From Candidatus Marinacidobacterales bacterium (GTDB lineage: Bacteria; Acidobacteriota; Vicinamibacteria; Marinacidobacterales; DATDRI01): DNA of 64,000 nt. The notes beneath the pieces are model-generated. The model had not been told where the DNA came from. It saw only the letters and a program-made list of their open reading frames with translations, and searched no databases. Positions 33,048 through 44,866 of the stretch are shown here, one piece after another; position 1 is the first letter of the stretch; each line of letters opens with the position of its first letter. Where the stretch lies: assembly GCA_965219415.1 (NCBI GenBank), contig OZ244742.1, forward strand, positions 1,056,001 through 1,120,000. The letters are read 5' to 3'. Position numbers and translations under genes: made by a program.

Positions 33048-36000
33048 CTAACTCACAGCCAGTTGGCGAGACGCCGTGCAGGCTAGGAGTTGATCGAGGA
33101 CTTGGCGCATCGCCCGGCGCCCCTCATCGGCCGCGGATCCCCAATGCTGGTTACCCCGCAGCTCCGAGTGACCGAAGGCGATCCGGCCGTGAGGTTCCCG
33201 GATAACGTCTCGAGCGGCCGGTTCCCCGTCCCTACCGAAGAAGAAGCCTGGCTCGGGCACGACGTACGCATGCCCCCAACGATTAAGAATGATTCCTGCC
33301 ACGTCACGCTTCGGATCGAAGCTCGTTCCAAAAAGCTCCAAGAGCTGCCCCACCATCAGCGACTCGTAATCCGCATAGCTCGTGGTGAGGAGATCCATGC
33401 GACCTCTCATACATTGGGCTCTCACCGGGAGCCCGGGGTAGATGAGGGGCACGTAGAACGTCAGGACCGTGGGCTCGTCTGGATCCAGTGGTGGCCGATA
33501 GCGTCCGACCGACATGGGCAGCCGGATATTGCAGCTAAAACCGAAACGACCGTTATAGCGACAGGCGGTAATGCCCAAATCGTAGAGGAAGCGCCAGTTC
33601 GTCAGAGCGACATTGGCCACCAAGAAAGCCGAATGTCGGAACGACCCGAAAGCGTCATGGTAAGCCATCGGCAAGTCGCGGACGACGTGCTTGTTCATCC
33701 AACCACCCGTAGCCATCACGACACCGCGAGCCCTGACGCGGTACAGTTTGGAACCCTTAGCGTAGGTCACCACAACGCGCTCGGACTTGCCAGGTTCGCC
33801 TTGATGCTCGACCCCGACCACCGTCGCGCCCACGCGCATCCGAATACTCTGATTGTCCACATCCAAGGCGGTGAAATTCACCTTTCCGTTCATGATTTGT
33901 TCGAAGGAATCGTCGCCGCCTATCGCCGCCGGAATGATTCTCTTCACGAAGTGCCGTGCAAAACCGTCATTCCCCTCTGGAAACGAGTGCCGCTCCAGCT
34001 GCGACAGATCCCTCACCTCGGGAGGATAGAAGTTGACCACGCCCGGGAAAAGAATGGAATACGCGGCGTACGCAGAAACCGCATCACATCCCAAACCGAC
34101 GGCGCTCGCCAATAGAGGATCCGCGAAGGCTGTTACGTTCGGATCGAGGCCCATGACCTTCTCGATATAGTCGGCGTAGCTCATGCTGTCTAACCATTGC
34201 TCGTAGTCTTTCCTCTCGGAAGGCCGCCCACTTGAGTTTCGCCACTTGAGTAACTGCTCACGTTCGAGCTCGGTAAAAGACGTTCCTTTCAATTCAGACT
34301 GCCACGGGTTCTTCGCGACCCTCTTCTGGCCGCAGCCGGAGAAGTATCCGACGCTGACATTGTTCTCCAGCCAATAGAGGAAACCGTAATTGTCGGTACC
34401 GAACCGCAAGTTCCGATCGCCTTCCAGACGTTGGTAGGAAAAACGCCGAGGGATGCCGAGTTCCTGGTAGTAGCGGGCGTCGCTAGACGCATGTTCCCCT
34501 TTGTCCTCACCCGGCACAGAGAAACCGTTCGAACCTTGCGGTGCGATCAAACGATGCCCCTTCACTCGAAACTCGTTGCGCTTCGATTCGCCACCGAAGA
34601 TGGGATGGTTCTCGATAATCAGGCACGTGGTATCAGATGACGATTTCTTGAGCTCGTATGCGGCGCCTAGGCCAGCGATTCCACCGCCGATGACGACCAC
34701 GTCGAAGACCTCTCCAGTATCGATGGCACGGGCGTCCGCGTCCTCGTAGAGGCCATCACGCAGGTGGTGTGCGTGAGCAAGCACCTCCGGTGTGTTCCCG
34801 GGGGATGTCCCGCCGGATGTTGAATTTGGGGTAGCGGCGGCTCCTTGGCCGGCCTAAGAATAGGTCTGCCAAACAACCGTCTCCAGAGGGGGACAAGGAG
34901 CCACCAATGCCTAGGAAATCAAAGAAGCCAGTAAGAAAGCAAACGCACTCGCCTACGGGCAAGGTAGTTGGCCAAGTCGGTCAGATACTGCTACCGATGA
35001 TAGCTGGGATCGCGGCCACGAAGGCGGAACTGACGGAATGGGTGTACGAGCAAGGACTGACAGCTCTGCACCTACTGCTCAGAGAGGACGCCGAGGAGAT
35101 CGCGGGGCTCAAGGGCAAGCACGAGAAGGAGCGAACTCATAACCCACTGGGGGAGCACGAACGGAGAGCTGAGCTTCGGTGGTCGTCGCATCCAAGTGTC
35201 GCGACCTCGAGTTCGCTCGAAGTCGGGCGAGGAGGCGTCGCTTCCACACTTCGAAGCCTTCCGCGAAGAAGACCCGCTTCCAGAGCGAGTGTTGAATCAG
35301 ATCTTGGTGGGGGTATCGACCCGAAATTACGAATCGAGTCTGAACAAACCCGCGGCCAAGTTGAAGTCTCGTGGCACGAGTAAGAGTGCCGCCAGCCGTC
35401 ACCTCGTGAGCCAGACGACTAAGAAGCTCGAGGAATACCTGTCTCGGCGGCTAGAGGAGTTCGAGCTTGCGGCACTGATGCTGGATGGCCTTGAGGTGGC
35501 CGGACAGACCGTCGTCGTAACTCTAGGTATCACAATAGATGGAACGAAGGTGCCCCTGGGTATATGGCTGGGCTCGACGGAGAACTCTCGGGTGTGCACC
35601 GCGATGTTGCAGGACCTTCTCGAGCGGGGCTTGCGCGTCGATGAGTCGATTCTCTGCGTAGTGGACGGAGGCAAAGGCATCCGCAAGGCACTCGTCGACG
35701 TTTTGGGGGACCTCGCGGTCATCCAAAGGTGCCAGATCCATAAACTCCGGAATCTTCGCTCGTACCTTCCCAAGTCTCGTCACGCCTACGTGCTCCAGAC
35801 GATGAAGGAAGCCTACAAGTGCAAGAGTGCCGACAAGGCGCGCAAGCGACTTCAGGCATTGGTGTCGTGGCTCGAGCGAAACGGCTACGACGAAGCTGCC
35901 GGAAGCCTTCGTGAAGGGATGGAAGAGACACTCACGGTCGTGAAGCTCGCGCTGCCCGCCTTACTTCGCCAGTCTCTTGCCACGACGAACGCCATTGAGA

Positions 36001-36460
36001 ATCTCAACGGAACCATTCGCAGAGTATCGAGAAACCTCAAGCGTTGGAAGAGTCCTTCCATGGTTCGCCGATGGACCGCTCTTGGCGTCGTCACCGCGCA
36101 GAAAAAGTTCCGGCGTATCAAAGGCTATCGCCATATGGGCGCTTTCGTTCACGCGCTTAGAAGCAAACAGAAATCTCTTGACAGCGATGAGTTTGCTGCC
36201 TAAGAGTATTCACAGGTGCCGCCGCTACCCGACCAAATTCAACAGCGGCCGGGACATCCCCTGTTCCCGTGGGAAGGCGCATAGTCTCCGATGCCGCCAT
36301 AGCCATACCAGTCGGGACCCGGCGCCTGCAGAGGGGTTTGCCCTGCGAGGAGTACTGGTTGTTGGCGCAAGAGCGCCGCGCCGGAACCGAGTAACACGCC
36401 GTTCAAGAAATCCCGCCGCGTAATACCTAAGGAAGCTCGGCTGCGATGGAATGGTTTCAT
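33048..36460 (-). pseudogene. Tat-exported FAD oxidoreductase (spermidine dehydrogenase-like) interrupted by IS256
   Basis: ITRRDFLNG; DYAPSHGN|TPEV split at TSD; VVIGGGIAG, GGESKRNEF, FPEGN, NRWGHAY, RIAFGHSEL. Confidence 0.88.
34801..36261 (+). mobile_element. IS256-family insertion sequence, copy 1
   Basis: Ends GGGGATGTCCC...GGGACATCCCC; 8-bp TSD TGTTCCCG; LDG, VDGGKG, QRCQIHK, TTNAIE; frameshift near 35144. Confidence 0.95.
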
Positions 36461-37593
36461 ATGGTAGTCCCTCCCGTGCGCTTGATCCTCTCGGCTTTAC
36501 GAGCCGCTGGCAACAAGAGAACGAGTCCCAATAGCCAGGGTAGCAAAGCAAACCAACCAAGTAGTGCGTATTCCTGATCGGCCAACAACAGCCCACCGTA
36601 GGACGGGCCCAGGGATGTTCCGACCACGGCAAAAGCCAGTCCCATACCATTCAACTTCCCGCTCGGATCCAGGCTCGCGAACAAGCCGTTCGTCACCACG
36701 CTACAGAAGAGGAAGAACGTCTTGATCACGATGACCATCGCTCCATAAACAAGAACCGATGAAGCGTGAGTGAGCAGCAGCCCAAACGTCGCCATGACGA
36801 GGATCGCCGTTGCCACGGGTAGCCGTCGTCCGAACGTGCGAACCACCCAAGGAGCCACCGCCGGTCCAGTGAGAGCGGTGAGAAAAGCCGCCGACAAAAT
36901 AGGCCCAATCGTATCCATCGAGATCTGAAGTGCCGAACCTATGCGTTCGACGAAAGTCCAAAAGCTGAACATCGCCACGAACACCAACCCGTGTCCGCAA
37001 ATACCGCGCCACTCGATTGTCCCAAGCCGACCCGGTACGTCGGTCGGCCTGGCATCGGCAAAACTTTCGGTGGGAAGAAAAAGGAAAAACGAAACACAGA
37101 TGAGAAGAACAACCACCAAGACGCCGAAGACACCGCTCGAGCCGTAGCTTTCGGCCGGACCTGCCACCAAGTAATAAAAAGCCGAGGCCATGAGCGCCAG
37201 CGATACCTCCATGATGGAAAAGGTCCGCTGGGCGCGTGGCGTGCCGGCCGCGGTTGAGAGAGAGCACGTAATGACCGCTCCCAGCGAAAGCCCCACCAGC
37301 GCGCGCATGCCGACGACCAAGGGGAGCGGGTCAGCCAGGGCAGCGACGAGGTTCCCAGCAATGGCGACGACCGCCGCGACCAAGCTGGCCGAGCGCTTGT
37401 TGACAAGATGGATGTAGCGAGAAGCGAGCAGCATGGAGATCGCCACGCCGCCGAGCTCGATCGACCCGATGAATCCGCCGGTGTGTTCGCTTAGGGAGTA
37501 GTCTTCAACGATGGCGCCAACCCAAATCGGCAAGCTGAGAATGAACGTGGCTCCAAAGAAGTAGGAGAACACGATGGCCGAGAGCTTCTTCAA
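36457..37593 (-). CDS. MFS transporter
   Basis: About 12 TM segments, R.LVGL..G, FWTFVERIG; overlaps start of the oxidoreductase gene. Confidence 0.85.
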   Translation of the reverse strand: MKKLSAIVFSYFFGATFILSLPIWVGAIVEDYSLSEHTGGFIGSIELGGVAISMLLASRYIHLVNKRSASLVAAVVAIAGNLVAALADPLPLVVGMRALVGLSLGAVITCSLSTAAGTPRAQRTFSIMEVSLALMASAFYYLVAGPAESYGSSGVFGVLVVVLLICVSFFLFLPTESFADARPTDVPGRLGTIEWRGICGHGLVFVAMFSFWTFVERIGSALQISMDTIGPILSAAFLTALTGPAVAPWVVRTFGRRLPVATAILVMATFGLLLTHASSVLVYGAMVIVIKTFFLFCSVVTNGLFASLDPSGKLNGMGLAFAVVGTSLGPSYGGLLLADQEYALLGWFALLPWLLGLVLLLPAARKAERIKRTGGTTI

Positions 37594-37602
37594 CGGAAGC
37601 GC

Positions 37603-38136
37603 TCAGCCTCTTTCGGCGCCGACGAGAACAGCAAGAAGAACGCAAGGCGCGTCGGAGCGGTTCACCCAAGTGTGATTGACCCCACCCTGCACAACGACAT
37701 CGCCCTGCTTCACCAATATTTCTTTGTCATCGACGATCAGCCAAATCTCTCCGAACAGAATCACCACGTAGTCGACGGTGTTAGTGCGATGCATACCCGG
37801 ATACTTCTGCCCCTCCTTCCGAGACAGGGCGTCCGGCGCCTTGATGGAGTCGAACATTTCCTTGGCCTTCGCGGGGTCGAAGGGATCTTTGTCGGGCCAG
37901 GCGACCTCGACGACGAGTTTGTTGCCGGTACAGGTGGGCTCCAAAGTCTCTGGGGGACCCGAGATAACATCGTTTGTGATGGGTATGCGTGCCGGCGTTT
38001 CATCCGAGGACCATAACTCGGTGATCTCGAGAACCCCGGGGATGCCGGTGGTCGCGTCGACCTCGCCGTCGTTGAGAATGTAGGAGCTGCCGTCCTCGCG
38101 TTCGGCGGTTACGATGCGTCTCGCTTTGTAGCTCAC
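37603..38136 (-). CDS. cupin domain protein
   Basis: RRIVT, MHRTNTVDY, GDVVVQGGVNHTWVN. Confidence 0.9.
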   Translation of the reverse strand: MSYKARRIVTAEREDGSSYILNDGEVDATTGIPGVLEITELWSSDETPARIPITNDVISGPPETLEPTCTGNKLVVEVAWPDKDPFDPAKAKEMFDSIKAPDALSRKEGQKYPGMHRTNTVDYVVILFGEIWLIVDDKEILVKQGDVVVQGGVNHTWVNRSDAPCVLLAVLVGAERG

Positions 38137-39164
38137 TTACAGGTTCTCACTCAGCTTGCTGTGGAGGTTGATGTTCATTCGCTGCCAATGCGGCCCATTG
38201 ACGTCGCGCTCCATTTCGTAGACGTCACCGACGGGGCCTGTTAGACGGGACTGCACCGAACGAATCGCAGCATAGTCCTCGTCGTCAAGCTCGAAGGAGA
38301 ACATGCGGAGAGAGTCCTTCAAATGATCGACGTTCCGAGCACCCAAGATAATGGACGCGACCTGTGGCCTCTCTAGAACGTACCGCGTAGCAACATTTGT
38401 AATGCTGACGTCGTGTTTCTCAGCGATCCGCTTGAGTGTCGCCAACATTTCCTGAAAGAGCGCCCACCCTCCGATCTCGTCAATGACGAGCTTGTACTTA
38501 TCAAGAGAGCGATTCTCCAAAGGCATGGCGGGCTCTTCCGCGCCCAGCCACTTCTCGCTCAGAAAGCCTCCCGCCACGGTCGCGTAACAGAGGAGGCCGA
38601 TCCCGTGTTTTTCGCAAAGCTGAGCCACACCTCTTTCCGTCCGATTGTCCAGGACGGAATAAGGAACCTGCGCGGTGGTGACATCAATCCCCGATTCCAT
38701 GATCTCGATACTCCGCTTCACATCGATGTTGACGAGCCCGATCTTGTGGATCTTCCCAGCTTGCCGCAGCTCATCTACCCAGTGAACGGCATCGATGTAG
38801 CCTGGGACGTCGTAGGACCACCAGAAGAACTGCAGTACGTCGAGTCGCTCCAATCGCAGTCGGCGCAAGGATTGGTCCACGACTCCCTGGACGTAGCTCT
38901 TGTCCACGGCCGGGAGCGCATCGAAATCCGGAATGAACTTCGTCAACACTTTGATGTCCGATGCATCTCCGAGGCGTTGACGCCGAGCTTCGATGAATTG
39001 GCCGATGAGATCCTCCACCCCCGCGTACACATCACCGCAGTCGAAGGCGAAGACTCCCGCCTCGGCGAATCGAAACATATCTTCGATGGGATCCTGTAGC
39101 GGCACGCTCCCGTGCCCCTGTGCGATCTGCCAGGCGCCTTTCAAAATTCTAGGAATGCGAAAGT
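38137..39164 (-). CDS. aldo/keto reductase; native start displaced
   Basis: GAWQ, FDCGDVY, KVLTK, SLRRL...LDVLQ, ILGAR; matching N-terminus found at 41693-41817. Confidence 0.85.
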
Positions 39165-41630
39165 TAGTATACGTCTCGTTCCTGGGCGTCCACTGCCGTC
39201 CCTTTCCAGCCGTTGTCGGTAAAATTCTGGACGTGGTACATAACAAGCAGGCTTGGCTTCACTACGTTTGCAATTTCAGCAAGCTTCTTGGTTGAAGTGT
39301 GGTATAACTCAGCGCGAGACCTGTCGTAAGGAAAAGAGTCCAGGTCATCTATACCGAACACCTCATGAAGAAGTATGTCAACCTTAACGCCCTTCGCAGC
39401 TTCCAGAACTCCCCGGTCTAAATTGGTGTCGCCATATCCCTCATCTCTATATCCAGTGTCGCCGGAAATGATAACAATCCGATCAGGTGTATCGAAACGG
39501 TAGGCGTAAGTTGCCGAGCGGTTCCATGCTGCGTTTTAAAGGCGAACACTTTGACGTTCTCATCTTTGTAAACAAACCCTGGCTCAAAGATTTCATGGGC
39601 AACCGCCCTCCAACCCGTGTCGTTAGTAGCTGCATAGCTGTACACACGGAAGGCAATGTCATGCCGATAGGCAGATAATATCCCGTCTACCAGATCTTTC
39701 GTCCCTGGAGGACCATAGATATGCGGCGGCTCTTCGCGACGCCACGACCAGGGCGACAAGATTAAGCTAGGTAAACCAATGGTATGGTCGCTGTGCAGGT
39801 GGGTGAGAAATACGCGCTTCCAAACAGCCTTATGCAACCCAAACCCTTTAACTTTACTGGGCTTACGATCTTTCCATCCAGGCATTGGCACATCTGGCAT
39901 TTCTTCGCCCATGGCTCGCCAGATACCTGCACCAGCGTCAACAATATGGGGATGTCCCGGCCGCTGTTGAATTTGGTCGGGTAGCGGCGGCACCTGTGAA
40001 TACTCTTAGGCAGCAAACTCATCGCTGTCAAGAGATTTCTGTTTGCTTCTAAGCGCGTGAACGAAAGCGCCCATATGGCGATAGCCTTTGATACGCCGGA
40101 ACTTTTTCTGCGCGGTGACGACGCCAAGAGCGGTCCATCGGCGAACCATGGAAGGACTCTTCCAACGCTTGACGTTTCTCGATACTCTGCGAATGGTTCC
40201 GTTGAGATTCTCAATGGCGTTCGTCGTGGCAAGAGACTGGCGAAGTAAGGCGGGCAGCGCGAGCTTCACGACCGTGAGTGTCTCTTCCATCCCTTCACGA
40301 AGGCTTCCGGCAGCTTCGTCGTAGCCGTTTCGCTCGAGCCACGACACCAATGCCTGAAGTCGCTTGCGCGCCTTGTCGGCACTCTTGCACTTGTAGGCTT
40401 CCTTCATCGTCTGGAGCACGTAGGCGTGACGAGACTTGGGAAGGTACGAGCGAAGATTCCGGAGTTTATGGATCTGGCACCTTTGGATGACCGCGAGGTC
40501 CCCCAAAACGTCGACGAGTGCCTTGCGGATGCCTTTGCCTCCGTCCACTACGCAGAGAATCGACTCATCGACGCGCAAGCCCCGCTCGAGAAGGTCCTGC
40601 AACATCGCGGTGCACACCCGAGAGTTCTCCGTCGAGCCCAGCCATATACCCAGGGGCACCTTCGTTCCATCTATTGTGATACCTAGAGTTACGACGACGG
40701 TCTGTCCGGCCACCTCAAGGCCATCCAGCATCAGTGCCGCAAGCTCGAACTCCTCTAGCCGCCGAGACAGGTATTCCTCGAGCTTCTTAGTCGTCTGGCT
40801 CACGAGGTGACGGCTGGCGGCACTCTTACTCGTGCCACGAGACTTCAACTTGGCCGCGGGGTTTGTCCAGACTCGATTCGTAATTTCGGGTCGATACCCC
40901 CACCAAGATCTGATTCAACGCTCGCTCTGGAAGCGGGTCTTCTTCGCGGAAGGCTTCGAAGTGTGGAAGCGACGCCTCCTCGCCCGACTTCGAGCGAACT
41001 CGAGGTCGCGACACTTGGATGCGACGACCACCGAAGCTCAGCTCTCCGTTCGTGCTCCCCCAGTGGTTATGAGTTCGCTCCTTCTCGTGCTTGCCCTTGA
41101 GCCCCGCGATCTCCTCGGCGTCCTCTCTGAGCAGTAGGTGCAGAGCTGTCAGTCCTTGCTCGTACACCCATTCCGTCAGTTCCGCCTTCGTGGCCGCGAT
41201 CCCAGCTATCATCGGTAGCAGTATCTGACCGACTTGGCCAACTACCTTGCCCGTAGGCGAGTGCGTTTGCTTTCTTACTGGCTTCTTTGATTTCCTAGGC
41301 ATTGGTGGCTCCTTGTCCCCCTCTGGAGACGGTTGTTTGGCAGACCTATTCTTAGGCCGGCCAAGGAGCCGCCGCTACCCCAAATTCAACATCCGGCGGG
41401 ACATCCCCAACAATATAGGGGATACCTTTAACAATAACTGCAATACTTGGGCCGCGCTTTTCTGGGTTTGGTACCGGAGTACCCGTGCCTAACATTAGCA
41501 CCTTTGTGATATCTGAGGATGAAAAATCGCGTTGTTCTCGTTCAGCCGCAGCAGCTAAGTCCGTAAACAGTATATTTGCTATTAAGCATGTCAGAAACGG
41601 TACAAAAGTTATCCGGTTCTTGTTTATCAT
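39164..41630 (-). pseudogene. secreted MBL-fold hydrolase (RNase Z/AtsA-like) interrupted by IS256
   Basis: LGTGTPVP..GPS..YIV|DAGAG split at TSD; THLHSDH; YHTS; visibly AT-richer than flanks. Confidence 0.85.
39948..41408 (-). mobile_element. IS256-family insertion sequence, copy 2
   Basis: Near-identical to 34801-36261, opposite orientation; 8-bp TSD AACAATAT; frameshift near 40860. Confidence 0.95.
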
Positions 41631-41692
41631 CTATATTTTCCTGAATTGAGTTCATCCCTAACTAAAAAAGATAACTTATAAAGATATTCGCT

Positions 41693-41817
41693 TCGGAACA
41701 TATCTTCGATCGGGTCCTGCAACGGCACGCTCCCGTGCCCCTGCGGGATCTGCCACGCCTCTTCAAGATTCTAGGAATGCGAAAGTCTGGCGCGAGCTCG
41801 ATCGACTCAATGCCCAT
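41693..41817 (-). pseudogene. aldo/keto reductase 5' fragment (diverged repeat of 39070-39164)
   Basis: MGIESIELAPDFRIPRILK..WQIPQGHGSVPLQDPIEDMF with GGAG RBS. Confidence 0.8.
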
Positions 41818-41848
41818 GAGTTCTCACTCCCGACAGGCCGACGGGATT

Positions 41849-43840
41849 CTAACCTTCGGCCGCGGCTTTGAATAGCTTTGCAGCCACCTCGAGCGCCTCC
41901 CTGTCCCCCACCAGGACGACGGTATCCCCCGGCCTGAATCCAAATGTCGCGTCGGGACGATAAAGCGCTTTTCCCGCGCGGACCACGGCGATGACGATTG
42001 CGCCCGTCACTCTCCTCAAGTTCAGGGAGGTGGGGCTTTCGCCGATTGCCTGAGCTCGGTCCTCCACCTCGACCAGATCGAGCGCTCCGTGAATGCCCAG
42101 ATGTCGAAGGGCGTCCAGTTTCAGGTCCGTGAGCGAGCCCTCGCGCAGTATCTTGTAGTGCTCGTTCCGAACCGCGTCGAGCTCGCGTTGAATGGTGTTG
42201 GTCGGTATCTCGTAGAACTCGAGAACGCGGGCAAACAGCTCGAGCGTTGCCTCGAACTCTTCGACGACGACCTCGGTGGCGCCGAGGCGCATTAGATCGT
42301 CGATGGATCGGACGTAGCGCGTCCTTACCAAAATGCGGGCGGCGGGGTTGAGACGGTGCGCGATCGCCACCCCGCGCCTCTCCTCTGTCGGAGCCGCGAT
42401 GGCGAACACCACGACGCGGGCCCTGGCAATGCCGACCCCCTCCAGAAGCTCCTGTCGCGTACCATCGCCGAAAAGCACTCGAACCCCTTCCTCTCGTCCC
42501 CGACGGACCAGCTGTCCGTTTTGCTCCAGCACGACGTAGTCGAGACCCGCAGCCCGCAAGACTCGAACGAGATGTTGTCCGCTCAAACCGTAGCCCACGA
42601 TGATGGCGTGGTCGCTCATTTCGGCGGCCCCGGCGCGCTCGAGACGATCCATCGAGACGGCTCGGATCCCTAGGTACGGACATAGCCACTCTGCTACAGG
42701 ACAGGCCGAGGCGATCAGAAACGGCGTCAACATCATCGTGACCACCGACGATGCGATGAAGAGTTGGTAATCGTTCCCGGCAAAAAGCCCGAGCGGGGCA
42801 GCAACGCTCGCTAGAATGAAAGAGAACTCTCCCACCTGGGCGAGCCCGATTCCGCTGACCATGCTGGTCTGGAAACCGCGCTTCAACAAGAGTACTGCCC
42901 CGGTGGTAATCACAATCTTGAGTAGCAAAATAGTGCCGGTCGCAGCGGCCACGAGACCTAGCGACGAACCTACGAAGCCTGTGTCGAGAAGCATACCGAC
43001 CGAGATGAAAAAAATCCCACTAAACGCGTCCCGAAAAGGCCGGACATCCGAGATGGCTTGCAGTCCATAGTCCGACTCGGAGACCACGAGACCGGCGAGG
43101 AAAGTGCCGAGCGCCAGTGACAATCCAAAACTCGCGGTAACGAAAGCAGCTCCCACCCCAAAGAAGGCGATGCACAATGTGAACAGCTCGCGGTTTCTCA
43201 GAAGCACGACCCGATCCAAAATCCGGGGCACGATCAGCCGTCCGGCCAGCATCAGCCCGACAACAACGAGCAGACTGGTCCCGATCGCGGTCCAGACTCC
43301 AGTCACCGGGCCCGGACCCACGTGTGCGAAGACCGGAATCAAAAACATCAAGGGCACCACGCAGAGGTCCTGGAAAAGAAGGATCGACACCACGACGCGA
43401 CCCGGCGGGCTGTCCAGCTCCACCCGGTCGGAGTAGATCTTCAGAACAATCGCCGTCGAGGACAAGGCAACCAGCGATCCATAGAACAGCGCCTGGTTCC
43501 AAGGGACTTCCAACCCAATGCTGGCAGCTGCCGCGGCCGCGACGATAGTGCCCACCACCTGGAGCCCGCCCCCTTGGAGCACAAGGCGCCCCAGCCGTAC
43601 GATGCGAGTCAGGGAAAACTCGAGGCCGATCGTGAAAAGAAGGAGCATGACGCCGAGCTCCGCCAGTTCCGTCACCGTGTCGGCCCCCGAGATGAGCGCG
43701 AACCCATGAGGACCGATGACGACTCCTGCCACGAGGAACCCGGCGACGGTGGGCAGCCGGGCGCGGTTGGCGAGGGCGGCGACGGGGATCGCTACCGCTA
43801 GAATGATGACGAGATCCCGAAGAACGACGAGCGCATGCAT
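41849..43840 (-). CDS. CPA2 cation:proton antiporter with TrkA-N/TrkA-C domains (KefB/KefC-like)
   Basis: LLFTIGLE, LSSTAIV, LFQDL, QVGEFSF, GYGLSG. Confidence 0.93.
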   Translation of the reverse strand: MHALVVLRDLVIILAVAIPVAALANRARLPTVAGFLVAGVVIGPHGFALISGADTVTELAELGVMLLLFTIGLEFSLTRIVRLGRLVLQGGGLQVVGTIVAAAAAASIGLEVPWNQALFYGSLVALSSTAIVLKIYSDRVELDSPPGRVVVSILLFQDLCVVPLMFLIPVFAHVGPGPVTGVWTAIGTSLLVVVGLMLAGRLIVPRILDRVVLLRNRELFTLCIAFFGVGAAFVTASFGLSLALGTFLAGLVVSESDYGLQAISDVRPFRDAFSGIFFISVGMLLDTGFVGSSLGLVAAATGTILLLKIVITTGAVLLLKRGFQTSMVSGIGLAQVGEFSFILASVAAPLGLFAGNDYQLFIASSVVTMMLTPFLIASACPVAEWLCPYLGIRAVSMDRLERAGAAEMSDHAIIVGYGLSGQHLVRVLRAAGLDYVVLEQNGQLVRRGREEGVRVLFGDGTRQELLEGVGIARARVVVFAIAAPTEERRGVAIAHRLNPAARILVRTRYVRSIDDLMRLGATEVVVEEFEATLELFARVLEFYEIPTNTIQRELDAVRNEHYKILREGSLTDLKLDALRHLGIHGALDLVEVEDRAQAIGESPTSLNLRRVTGAIVIAVVRAGKALYRPDATFGFRPGDTVVLVGDREALEVAAKLFKAAAEG

Positions 43841-43960
43841 GAAGGAGCTTATCCTTGCCGTTGACGGAGTGTCACGAAGCTATAGCATAACCAAGTCGTA
43901 GGTGCTCCGTCGCGTGGGGGGCAGTTGAGGCGGGTGGTCGGGCGAGCCGTCTTGGGGTGA

Positions 43961-44266
43961 TTACTCGAGTGGTACGAGGCCTTCGGTCGGGGTCAAGAGG
44001 ATGCTCTTCCAGCTCGAGCCTTTTACGTTATCGACGTTGGATTCGATGTAGAAGATCCCGATGTTTGCACCGACGAGCGTCGCCCGGGGCACATTCAGGC
44101 GGAAATTCTCATCCTTCTGGGAGAACGCAAAGACCTCCGTCTGCGAGTCGGCGTCCCATTTGTGCGTAACAGACTGAAAACGCGCACTAAGGCGGGTTTG
44201 AATGACTTCGACGCGTTCTTTGTAGCGACTGCGGTCGCTGTCGGAGTCGAATTTAGGTTTGGCCAT
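43961..44266 (-). CDS. hypothetical protein
   Basis: 101-aa ORF with G-rich RBS, no recognised motif. Confidence 0.6.
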   Translation of the reverse strand: MAKPKFDSDSDRSRYKERVEVIQTRLSARFQSVTHKWDADSQTEVFAFSQKDENFRLNVPRATLVGANIGIFYIESNVDNVKGSSWKSILLTPTEGLVPLE

Positions 44267-44378
44267 GGGTCCCCCGGTTCGTGCCAGCCCGGATAGAGCT
44301 CAGGTTCAGAGTGCCACACGATGAGACGGAGCACAATCGCCTTTCGGAATTGTAGGGCCCTCGCGACCCCCTGAAACA

Positions 44379-44402
44379 CTCCTGACAGAACGGTGTTAGG
44401 AG
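44379..44402. promoter_or_regulatory. inverted repeat, probable operator of the WYL regulator
   Basis: CTCCTGACA-N6-TGTTAGGAG (1 mismatch), followed by TAGGAT -10-like hexamer. Confidence 0.6.
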
Positions 44403-44458
44403 GGGGGTTCTAGGATGTCCTCGGTTCGGATGGGCCGGGCCAATAACCTTATGGAGAT

Positions 44459-44866
44459 ATGATGAATCCCAAGAAACTGTTCCCGATGGTAGTCACCGAC
44501 AAACTAGCCGAAACCAAGGAGTTCTACGCCGAGAAGGCAGACTTCGAAATCGTTCACGACATGCCGGACTACCTCGCAGTTCGGTATGGCGGTGAAGCGG
44601 GTCCCGAGTTGTCCTTCCTAACGACTGAGGACGGTCCTCTCGGCAAGCTTCCTGCCTTCAACGGAAAAGGCCTATTGATCAGCATCCCCACCGCGGATGC
44701 CGACAAGAAAGCCAGCGACATGGAGAAGCGTGGCGTCAAGTTGATGAGTCAGCCGGCGGTCAAGCCGTGGGGATGGAAGAGTTTCCTGACCCAGGATCCT
44801 AACGGCGTCCTCCTGGATTTCTTTCACGTGCCGGCCGACAATGCGGCCCAGGATGCGGCGAGCTGA
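44459..44866 (+). CDS. VOC/glyoxalase family protein
   Basis: KEFY, KPWGWKSF..QDPNG. Confidence 0.9.
   Translation: MMNPKKLFPMVVTDKLAETKEFYAEKADFEIVHDMPDYLAVRYGGEAGPELSFLTTEDGPLGKLPAFNGKGLLISIPTADADKKASDMEKRGVKLMSQPAVKPWGWKSFLTQDPNGVLLDFFHVPADNAAQDAAS

Noticed and set aside
34801-41408. Composite transposon carrying MFS-cupin-AKR
   Set aside because: Each IS has its own TSD and splits a gene whose halves lie on either side
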